64,000 bases of DNA from Bacteroidota bacterium (GTDB taxonomy: Bacteria > Bacteroidota > Bacteroidia > AKYH767-A > OLB10), in assembly GCA_016709725.1 (NCBI GenBank), contig JADJMG010000010.1, forward strand, positions 73,490 to 137,489, read 5' to 3'. Of this stretch, positions 38,552 through 48,600 are shown one piece after another. Below the pieces are notes generated by a model. It searched no databases. It was not told the origin of the DNA and saw only the letters and a list, made by a program, of their open reading frames with translations. Numbering within the stretch: the first letter of the stretch is position 1; each line of letters starts with the position of its first letter. Both the position numbers and the translations under genes were made by a program.

Positions 38552-40027
38552 CTATCTTGGATTTTGAAATATCTGTTCAAAATTATTCCCATAGGTAGAC
38601 CTTGCTTTGGTTTTATCAAAATCGTTCATGGTTTCGGTTCTTTTCTTCAAAATGACCATCCATTGTGATTCGAAAACTTCTCCTCTCGCATCGCTATGTA
38701 AAAGTGAAAAATCATGTCCTCCAATCTCTGGACAATAAAATACAAATTTACGATTGCTTTGGTTTTTTAGCGTGTAATAGTGCCAAACTTCATAAGGATA
38801 CGTACTGGGTTCGTTATAAGCTTTGGATATTTGATTAGGAGCACCGTAAACAAGGTAAACTCTTCCTCTTTCAGTCATATAACCTTTCTTTTTACCGATG
38901 GTGTAACTGGCATTAACGAGGTCAACTTCCTTTTTATAATTTAACCAAGCAAGCTGTGGATTTTGCGCGTTACGCTTCTGCCAAAAATCATAAAAATATT
39001 GTTGCATGAGCTTGGTGTCGGCCATTTCCAATTGATTTAATGCGAAAGTATTTTCATTTGGACTGCTGATTGGCCATAGGCAACGAATATATTCAGCAAG
39101 GGTGTCGCGTTGTGAAATTTCTGCTGCAAAAGTGGTAGACACATCTAATTTCATGTAGTTTAAATCACCAGCATCTTGAGCGAGTGTAAGTGGACGACTT
39201 CGCTGAAAAAAGCATTCTTTTGATGCTAATAAATTATTTTCCTTGTCGCGGATATTCACGACTAAATTATAGTTTCCAGAAGGTAAATCTGTAATGTCGA
39301 ATTCGGTTAGTAAGATTCCAACATCCTTCGGACTTTGTTTCGAGAAATTGGAGTTGGCGTCAACGATACGATGACTTTCAAAATTTACAATTTGATAAGT
39401 AAGTAGAAAATCAGTGTTACCTAAAACAGATTTTGTATGATAGTATTCACAATAAAATTTCAATGTGTTTTTATTGGCTCCATAAAAATTGTCAACGTAT
39501 GGAACAATATCATATCCATTCTTTACCAATGGACTTTCTTTTTCAGACACAGAATAAGAGTTGATCAATTCGATATCTGATATACTGATCACATTTGTGT
39601 AATAATTCACGATCACATTTTGGCGAACCATATAAGGTTTGGTTCCTGGCGCATTATTATCCTTTATTTTCAACTCCATGGTGTAAGAACCATTGGGAAG
39701 TGAAATACGGTGCAAATCAGTGAAGTTACTGACTGCATTGAGTGTATCCGCTGTTTGCGGACTTAAAAGATTGAATTTATCAAAATAGCGAATACTATCA
39801 CCTTGAAGAAATATAAGACTAGCCTCAATGGAAGCTTGATAAAGAGCATCTCCGTTCTTTTTATAATGAACAGAATGTCCATCAACAGCTAAGTATGTTT
39901 CAATATAAGGACCATTTTGTGGCGCTAAGAAAGTTGCATAGGATAAATTGGCTTGAAGATTCTTAGCTTCAAGTGAATACATACTAAATAGGCAAGAGCA
40001 GATCAGAATTAGGGTTGACTTTTTCAT
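38552..40027 (-). CDS. GWxTD domain-containing protein
   Basis: 491 aa with a signal peptide. The C-terminal block KKGYMTERGRVYLVYGAPNQI ... YPYEVWHY ... KFVFY corresponds to the GWxTD-domain core, with a degenerate GW. Confidence 0.7.
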   Translation of the reverse strand: MKKSTLILICSCLFSMYSLEAKNLQANLSYATFLAPQNGPYIETYLAVDGHSVHYKKNGDALYQASIEASLIFLQGDSIRYFDKFNLLSPQTADTLNAVSNFTDLHRISLPNGSYTMELKIKDNNAPGTKPYMVRQNVIVNYYTNVISISDIELINSYSVSEKESPLVKNGYDIVPYVDNFYGANKNTLKFYCEYYHTKSVLGNTDFLLTYQIVNFESHRIVDANSNFSKQSPKDVGILLTEFDITDLPSGNYNLVVNIRDKENNLLASKECFFQRSRPLTLAQDAGDLNYMKLDVSTTFAAEISQRDTLAEYIRCLWPISSPNENTFALNQLEMADTKLMQQYFYDFWQKRNAQNPQLAWLNYKKEVDLVNASYTIGKKKGYMTERGRVYLVYGAPNQISKAYNEPSTYPYEVWHYYTLKNQSNRKFVFYCPEIGGHDFSLLHSDARGEVFESQWMVILKKRTETMNDFDKTKARSTYGNNFEQIFQNPR

Positions 40028-40338
40028 GAGCTTAGGTTTGAGATCAAAGGTATTTAATTAATCTATTGATGTTGTCATGTTTTCGTCACATCAAATCGAT
40101 AATAATGATCACTTTATCGTTTAAAGAGCGGTGAAACGAGCAATTTTATAAATGGGTATTATTGAAGTAATCATTCTTCATTTACCTTGCTAATGTGTTA
40201 GTGATTAATAAATAAGAGTGGTTTTTTTAGCAGAAAAATATTTGTGGTAAGAATAACTTATCAAGTAAAAAGCAGCATTCTGCAAGAATTTTTATTTTTT
40301 CTAAAATTGGTAATATAAAATCATATAATTTCGCACCC

Positions 40339-40423
40339 GGAGAGTTGGCAGAGCGGTCGATTGCGGCAGTCTTGAAAACTGTTGAAGGTAACACTTCCTG
40401 GGGTTCGAATCCCTAACTCTCCG
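40339..40423 (+). tRNA. tRNA-Ser (anticodon UGA), type II with a long variable arm
   Basis: Manual cloverleaf: acceptor GGAGAGT/ACTCTCC, anticodon stem GCAGT/ACTGT, loop CTTGAAA (anticodon TGA), variable arm GAAGG..CTTCC, T-arm TGGGG TTCGAAT CCCTA and discriminator G. No encoded CCA. Confidence 0.9.
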
Positions 40424-40440
40424 CAGAATGCATCAAAAGA

Positions 40441-40471
40441 AACCCCGCCATCGGCGGGGTTTTTATTTTTT
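40441..40471 (+). terminator. Rho-independent terminator after tRNA-Ser
   Basis: AACCCCGCC / GGCGGGGTT 9-bp stem with a 3-nt loop, followed by TTTTATTTTTT. Confidence 0.75.
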
Positions 40472-40561
40472 AAGCCGAGGCAGAAAGCATCGCTTTCAAT
40501 GCCTTGGATAAAAAATAAAAATAGCGCAGCGTTTCTTTTGATGTTGACGATGGGAGAACAA

Positions 40562-40614
40562 GGGATCACCTAGTCTCGTTGGATCTTAATCCAACGAGAC
40601 TGGGTAATCCCTTC
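40562..40614. repeat. 53-nt long-hairpin repeat, copy 1
   Basis: GGGATCACCT AGTCTCGTTGGA TCTTAA TCCAACGAGACT GGGTAATCCC TTC. The stem extends outward to GATGGG/CCCATC (40549..40619). Confidence 0.85.
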
Positions 40615-40747
40615 CCATCAGCAAGCATAGGGTAGAAGAAACTTCGTTACGCTACCCTGTAAACTCGCTTGCAAGGTTGAGGTAAAATGAAAATAGTCCA
40701 GCGCTAAGCGCTGGACTATTAAGAAATCATTTAGCTACCCCCAAAAC

Positions 40748-40800
40748 GGGATCATCTAGTCTCGTTGGATCTTGATCCAACGAGACTGGGTAATCCCTTC
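40748..40800. repeat. 53-nt long-hairpin repeat, copy 2
   Basis: Same orientation as copy 1 and identical at 51 of 53 positions by eye. Followed by TTCATTTTTTT. Confidence 0.85.
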
Positions 40801-41028
40801 ATTTTTTTAGAAATAGTGTAGGATCAAGGCATGCCTTGATCCTACACTACAGGGTAATCCCATATTTTAATATTTCGCAACTCGGATAAAGGAATACCTT
40901 GATTCGAGCTATATATTTCGATTTAAAAGCTTGAATCATAAATTTTTACAATGTCATGATAATTGCGTAATTTTCTTATTTATTCAAGTAATCACTTTTA
41001 ATACCTTTATCCTTTAAATCTATAAGTT

Positions 41029-41682
41029 ATGAAAAAATATATACTCATTTGCTTCATTAGCTTCCTTTCTGCTATTAATTGCCAAGGGCAGTGGATTCAG
41101 CAATTGTGGACCAATCCTTCTGTTCTTACAACGAATACACCCGTACAATTAATTGCTGAAGTTGATTTTCCTTCAGGCGATTGTAAGGATAAAACGTTGA
41201 ATATGTCTCAAGCAGGGAATTCTATTTCTGCGTTTGCGATGCATTGTTTAGGCGCAGCAAGTTATATATGCAATGATAAAGATACTTTCAACCTAGGCCT
41301 TCTCCCTGCTGGGACTTATACTTTCTATTTTCAGGTAGATGCTGGAATGGGACCATCTCCATGTTCCCCAGGCATTGTTCCTGGTCCAATGGATTCTTTG
41401 TCTTTCGTTGTTAATTTAGCAAGTGGAAATCAAGAGTTGGATAAAGAAATTTTTGAACTATTTCCAAATCCTGCCTCAAGTACGCTTCATTTGAATTTAA
41501 ATAACGAATTATCCGATGGTGCTTATCGTATTTTGAATAATCAAGGCGCATTGGTGTTGAAGTCGATGATTCATGGTAAAAATATGCAAATCGATATCAG
41601 TAAACTTTCGGTTGGACTCTATACTTTTATTTACGAAGACGCATTTAAAAATATTTCAGTAAAGAAGTTTACGAAGAAATAG
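41029..41682 (+). CDS. Secreted protein with a T9SS type A C-terminal sorting domain
   Basis: 217 aa with a signal peptide. The C-terminus LFPNPASSTLHLNL ... GLYTFIYEDAFKNISVKKFTK fits the Por_Secre_tail pattern. Confidence 0.8.
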   Translation: MKKYILICFISFLSAINCQGQWIQQLWTNPSVLTTNTPVQLIAEVDFPSGDCKDKTLNMSQAGNSISAFAMHCLGAASYICNDKDTFNLGLLPAGTYTFYFQVDAGMGPSPCSPGIVPGPMDSLSFVVNLASGNQELDKEIFELFPNPASSTLHLNLNNELSDGAYRILNNQGALVLKSMIHGKNMQIDISKLSVGLYTFIYEDAFKNISVKKFTKK

Positions 41683-41778
41683 GCTTTTTCAAATTTATTT
41701 AAAATCGAAAGCATACTGTATTCAATTTATTTATCAATTGGATAAACTTTGCATCGCCAACGGTGTTATCTTCGAACT

Positions 41779-42282
41779 ATGAATGAAGTTATTTTAGTCG
41801 ATGAGAAAGATGCAGAAATAGGCGTCTCCGAAAAATTAAAAGCCCATCAGCTTGGACTTTTACATCGTGCATTTTCAATTTTTATTTTCAATTCAAATAA
41901 TGAATTACTCATTCAACAGCGCGCACAAGGGAAATATCACAGCGGCGGCTTATGGACAAATACTTGTTGTAGTCATCCTATTCCAAAGATGGATTTAGTG
42001 AAATATGCTAAACAAAGATTGTTCGAGGAGATGGGAATGAAAGTGGATGACCTTCAAATTAAAAATCATTTTCTTTATCGAGCATAATTTCCAAATTGTT
42101 TTATCGAACACGCACTGGATTATATCTTGATTGGTCATTCGAATGAAGAACCGATTTTAAATCCTGAAGAAGCACAAAATTTTGAATGGATTTCTTTAGA
42201 TGATCTTACATCAAAAATAAAAATGAATCCAGATCAATTTACTTTTTGGCTAAAAGAAATTATCAACCGAAGTTTAATTTAA
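41779..42282 (+). pseudogene. idi: Type 1 isopentenyl-diphosphate delta-isomerase (Nudix) with an in-frame TAA
   Basis: Start at MNEVILVDE. LHRAFSIFIF and WTNTCCSHP (catalytic Cys/His context) are present. An in-frame TAA at 42085..42087 (FLYRA*FPNCFIEHALDYILIG) is followed by an open frame to 42282. Confidence 0.8.
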
Positions 42283-42695
42283 TTTGATTGTGATGTCACT
42301 TGATGTCACTAGATGGCACGATATTTTATAGGTGCTTTGGCAACATTTCTTTTTTGTTTTAGTAAGGTTTAATTTTAAAACAGCGTTTTCTTATTTGTAA
42401 TGAAAAAGGGATTTTAGCTTCAATCAAATTTTAATTTTCTATTATCGAATTCTTTTATTGATTTTCTTTCATCGAAATAGTTTTAACAAAATGCAGTATT
42501 TAGTTTAAGTAATTGTAATTCAGCTCTTTGTATTGAGTAATTTATCCACTCTGATCGTATTTCTTACATCGTCTATATAGTGATGAATTGAAGGCAATAC
42601 AACTCTTGTTCTCGCTATAGCTTTGTTTTTACCATAAAAGTATTCCTGTGAAATTGTCCCAACTAACAGGTGGTAGAAACGAAAAAAGAGATGTT

Positions 42696-45600
42696 ATGAG
42701 TCTAAAACTACGAAGAAGCTTACTTATACTGACAGCGTTGCTGTTCATCCTTCGGGCTGATCCAGCAGAAGCAAGTCATGCTATGGGTGCCGACCTGACT
42801 TATGAATGCCTTGGTGGAAACACCTATAAAGTGCGATTGTCGTTTTATCGAGATTGTATTGGAATCTTAGCTCCGGCTAATATTTATGTAAACATTCGAT
42901 CTGTAAGTTGTGGTCAAACATTAGGTGTTACCTGTAATCCCATTCCAGGCACCGGTCAAGAAGTAACGTATTTATGTCCTACCGCTCAAAGTACGTGTAA
43001 TGGTGGAACATTTACGGGAATTCAAGAATGGGTGTACGAAGGTGTGGTTACTCTTCCGATGCAATGTAACGACTGGCAATTTTCTTATTCGTTATGTTGT
43101 CGAAATGCTGCGATCAATACCATCAGCAGCCCTGGATCAAATACATTTTACATTTATGCATCTTTAGATAATACCATCACCCCTTGCAATAGTTCACCTA
43201 CTTTTACAAATAAGCCCGTTCCATTTGCTTGCTTAGGTCAACAATTATGTTTTAACCATGGTGCAACGGATCCTGATGGAGATTCATTAGTTTATTCTTT
43301 AGTAAATCCACGTCAAACAGTAACGAATGACGTAAGTTATATTGCTCCTTATAATGCAGCAAATCCATTAGCCACTGCAGGACCCATACAGTTTAACACG
43401 CAAACGGGTGATATCTGTTTTACCCCAACTCAACTCCAGGTGACCGTAATGGCGGTGTTAGTACGAGAGTATAGAAATGGTGTGTTGATTGGATATGTAG
43501 TTCGTGATATTCAAATAACTGTTTTGAATTGTACGAATGATCTTCCCACTTTAACGGGAATTAATGGAACCAATAATTTTGATTTGACGGTTTGTGCAAA
43601 TGAAAGTTTATGCTTTGATGTGTTTTCAAATGATATTAATGCTGGACAACAAGTTGGATTGTTTTGGAATAATGCCATTCCAAATGCAACTTTTACATCA
43701 GCAGGAAGTCCACATCCAACAGGAACATTTTGCTGGACACCCACACAAGCTGATATAAGTAACACCGCACATTGTTTCACAGTACGTGTAAGTGATGATG
43801 CTTGTCCATTTATTGGATCTAATACCTATTCTTATTGTATAACGGTCACGGGTATCACCGTTGACGCTGGGCCCGATCAGTACATAGCTTGTAGTGATCT
43901 TGCTACCGTCACCGCAAATGCCAGTGGCGGAAATCCTCCATATACTTATTTATGGAGCAATGGATTTACGAATCCAACGCAAACAGTTGGAGTGGGAACG
44001 TACGTAGTAACCGTTTCTGATGGTACTTGTTCAAGTACGGATACGGTAGAAATTATTGCAGCTTTTCAACCCATAGCTGATTTCACATGGGATGGTGCTT
44101 GCGGAAATGCTCCCGTGCAATTTACTGATCTAAGTACAACAGCAGGAGGAATGCAAAGTTGGACATGGAATTTTGGTGATGGTACCGGATCTATTCTTCA
44201 AAATCCAACGCATACATTTCCAGGAAGTGGAACGTATAATGTTTCATTAATTGTTGAAAATATTTATGGTTGTACAGATACGCTCGTACTTCCAGTGGTA
44301 ATTGCACCTTTACCAATTGCATCATTCAGTACCGACACAGTTTGTGCTGGATCTTTTATCAACTTTACGAATACCAGTACGCCTGCTGGGTCAGGATGGT
44401 CATGGTCGTTTAGCAATGGTGGATCTTCGAATTCTCAAAATCCTTCTGTGGTTTTAGGTGCACCCGGTTCCTATACTGCCACATTAGTAGTGACGGATTC
44501 TGCAGGATGTACCGATACTGTTACACAAAATGTAGTGGTGAATCCACAACCGGTGGCAGCATTTACTGTCAGTGGAAATAATTGTCAAGGCGCACCAATA
44601 ACTTTTAACAATACATCGAGTGGAGCCACTGGGTATACTTGGCTTTTTGGAGATGGGTCTACATCTACATCACAAAATCCATCGCATACTTATGGAAATA
44701 ACGGTTCTTATACCGCTACGTTGATCGCCATGAATGCATTTGGTTGTTATGATACCGTTCAACAAACCGTGCAGGTGAATGGTCCTCCAGTTGCTTCAGC
44801 AGGTCCGGATGTAACCATTTGTATTGGTAGTAATGCCGTGCTTACAGCAAATGGTGGTGTAACATTTAATTGGACACCAGGAGGAAGTACGAGTAATACA
44901 ATATCGGTTTCGCCCTCTACAAATACTTCTTATTCCGTAATTGTAACCGATGCGAACGGATGTTCGGCAGTAGATACCGTTAGGGTTTTAGTGAATCCAT
45001 TACCCACTGCAACGGTGAGTCCTAATGTAAGTGTTTGTCAAGGCCAAAGTGCAACATTAACAGCAAGTGGTGGTGTTTCGTATAGTTGGAATCCATCCGG
45101 AAGTGTAACTGGAACTATCGTTGTTACACCAGGATCCTCTACAACTTATGCTGTAAACGTAATTGATGCAAATGGTTGTCAAGCAACTGCTTTCGTAAAT
45201 GTAACTGTAAATCCTAATCCTGTGATCAGTTTACCTGCCGGAGTATTTATTTGTAGTGGAGTAAGTGCTACGTTAAATCCAGGAGCAACAGGAACAAGTT
45301 ACTTGTGGAGCAATGGAGCAACGAGTCAAACCATTAATGTGAACACACAAGGTTCGTATTCGGTAATCGTTACTAACGCTGCTGGATGTACGTCAATGGC
45401 ATCTACGCAGGTTACCGTTGGTGGACAAGTCATTAGTAATAGTAATACCACCTCAATTTGCCAAGGACAATCGGCTACATTAGATGCAGGTTTCGCTGGA
45501 TCTACTTATGCTTGGAGTACAGGATCTACATCGCAAACAATATCTGTAAATGCAGCGGGAGTTTATTCTGTAACGGTGACGGATGCAAGCGGTTGTACAG

Positions 45601-48600
45601 GTACTATAGCCAATACGGTTCAAGTAAATCCGTTGCCACAAGCTGCATTTACACCGAACGATGAATGTTTAAATGATTCTGTGTTTTTCCACGACGCCTC
45701 TTCAGTAAATGGCGGAAGCATTACTTCCTGGAGTTGGGATTTAGGAAATGGAAATATTTCCTTCGCTCAAAATCCAATTTTAGTATATAATACTCCAGGC
45801 GCATACAATGTAGTTCTTACCATTACTTCCGATCAAGGGTGTACATCAGTGTTATCCGATACTTTAAATATTTATCCGATGCCTACCGCAGCATTTAATT
45901 TTACGCAAGGATGTATTGGTACCAGTATTCCATTCGTGGATCAGTCCACCGTTGGATTTGGAAATATTGTAAGCTGGAATTGGAATTTTGGAGATGGAAC
46001 AACTTCCACTTCTCAAAATCCTCAGCATGCTTTCACTACAGCAGGAAATTACAATGTATCTTTAGAAGTTTCTACGCCCGGTGGATGTAGAGCTATCCTC
46101 AGCAGAGTAGTCCAAATTTTCCCTGAGCCTGTATTGTCTTTCACTTCAACACCAACTACCATTTGTTTAGGTGGATCAGTTACCTTAAATAATACAAGTA
46201 CTTCGAGCAACGGTGTTATCAGTAATTGTCAATGGAGTTTCGGAAATGGAACTACATCGAATCAATTGAGTCCAACTGTAAATTATAATAACGCTGGAAA
46301 TTATACGATCACTTTAATTGGAACAACTACTCTTGGTTGTTCGGATACATTAACTCAAGCCGTAACCATAAATGCATTGCCAACAGCTGATGCTGGTTCG
46401 AATCGTGCCATCTGCGCGGGAACTTCTACCACTTTAACAGCAACTGGAGGCGGAACCTATTCCTGGTCGCCCGGTGGATCTACAGCAAGCTCCATAACCG
46501 TTACACCTATTACCAGTGGAATGTATTATGTAATCGTAACTAACGCTAATGGATGTACGTCAAGAGATAGTGTGCGTGTAAATATTAATCCGTTACCAGT
46601 CGCCAATGCAGGTCCCGATAGAGCTCTTTGTATTGGAAATAATACAACACTTACGGCAACGGGTGGTGGAACGTACTCTTGGAATCCAGGTGGTGCAACT
46701 ACACCAACCATTACGGTTTCTCCTGCATCAACCATAAACTATATTGTTACCGTTACCGCTGCGAATGGTTGTACTCGAAATGATACGGCTCGTGTTGTGG
46801 TAAATCCATTACCAACGGCAAGTGCGGGTCCCGATAAAACCATTTGTTTTGGTACGACCACTTCATTAACGGCCTCAGGAGGTAGTACCTATTTATGGCA
46901 ACATAGTGGTGCCACTACTGCTACTGTGTATGTGAATCCAACGACCACTTCTACGTATGTAGTTACGGTGACAAGTTCTGCTGGCTGTTCTAGAAGAGAT
47001 ACGGTGCAAGTGAATACAAATCCAACACCAACTGTTGTGGGATCAAATGCATTTTTCTGTACAGGATTTAGTGCTACGTTGGATGCAGGTAACCCTGGTA
47101 TGACTTATTTATGGTCTCCGAGTGGTGATGTTACCCAAACTGTTGGTGTGACCGATCCGGGAGTATATTCCGTTGTTGTGACCAATGCTTTCGGTTGTCA
47201 AGGTTCGGGAACATTTAATGTTACGGAAGGCGGAACTGGTTTAAGTGCAACACCCATTAATGTAAATACGTGTCAAGGAACGAATGTAACCTTGGATGCA
47301 GGAAATCCAGGAATGACTTATTTATGGTCGACAGGGGCTGCATCTCAATCCATAAGTGTAGGAAGTACCGGTACTTATCAAGTTACTATTACGGATCCAG
47401 GTGGATGTTCAGCATCTTTCACTAATAATGTGGCTGTGCATCCTTTACCAACCGTAAATTTTGCGACAACGCCAGCTTGTTTAGGAGATGCAAATACTTT
47501 TGTAAATACATCTTCAATCGCTAGCGGAAATATCATCGGATGGCAATGGAACATCAATGGAAATGCTTCCTCGATTGTTCAAAATCCATCAGTATCTATT
47601 CCAACCGTTGGAACATATCCTGTAACATTAGTAGCTACTTCTGGATTTGGTTGTATTGATTCACTAACGGGTAGCATTACCGTGAATCCATTACCTACTG
47701 CGGATTTCACTGCTCCGGATGTTTGTGAAGGAAGCGCTACTCAGTTGAGCGATGTATCAACAGTGGGAAGTGGAAGCATATCAACTTGGGCTTGGCAATT
47801 GGGTGATGGAACTACATCATCATTGCAAAATCCACAGCATACATATGCCAATGAAGGTGTGTATAATGTTACTTTAATTGTTTCGAGTGCTTCAGGATGT
47901 AACGATACCATTTTACAATCCATCACCATCGATCCAATGCCTGAGGCAGACTTCGTTGCCAACGATGTTTGTGAAGGAGATTCAGTTCAATTCACTAATA
48001 ATTCTCAATTATCCAGTGGATTCATCAGTGATATCAATTGGGATTTCGGAGATGGTAATACAAGCTCATTAAGCGATCCAGTCCATTATTATACTTCACC
48101 AGGATCATATACGGTAACATTACGTGTTGGATCGGATCAAGTTTGTGAGGACGTAATTGCAAAAACAATTGTAGTGAATCCAAAACCTATAGCCGACTTT
48201 ATAGCAAGTCCAGTATGTGATGGTTCTCCAATTCTCTTTGTCGATAATTCAAATGTTCCAACGGGTGTTGTGAATGGATGGTATTGGGAGTTTGGTGATG
48301 GGTCATTCTCATCTACGCAACAACCCAATCATCAATATGCAAATCCTGGAATTTATAATGTGAGTTTACTAGCCAGCACCGATAAAGGATGTAGCGATAC
48401 ATTGAATCGTTCAACAACCATAAACGATATTCCGCAAGCTGGATTTACTGTGGCCAATGCATGTTTAGGTAGTCCGGTGGTGTTCAATGATACCACATTA
48501 GGAACAGCAGGTGCCATCACGAATTGGGCTTGGAATTTTGGAGATGGACTTACATCATCTACTCAAAATCCTACTCATACTTATAATTCAACGGGTACCT

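Noticed and set aside
40321-40573. ORFs 40321..40569 (-) and 40382..40573 (+)
   Set aside because: They overlap the tRNA-Ser gene, its terminator and the hairpin repeats, so they are non-coding.
40562-40800. Possible CRISPR array formed by the repeated 53-nt hairpin units
   Set aside because: There are only two copies, the unit is 53 nt and strongly self-complementary, and the spacer is about 130 nt and itself made of palindromes. No cas genes are in the window. REP/MITE-like repeats fit better.
40339-42282. Genomic island integrated at tRNA-Ser
   Set aside because: I found no integrase or other mobility gene downstream and no direct repeat of the tRNA 3' end; only a 7-nt AATCCCT coincidence. 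The following genes are ordinary surface and metabolic genes.
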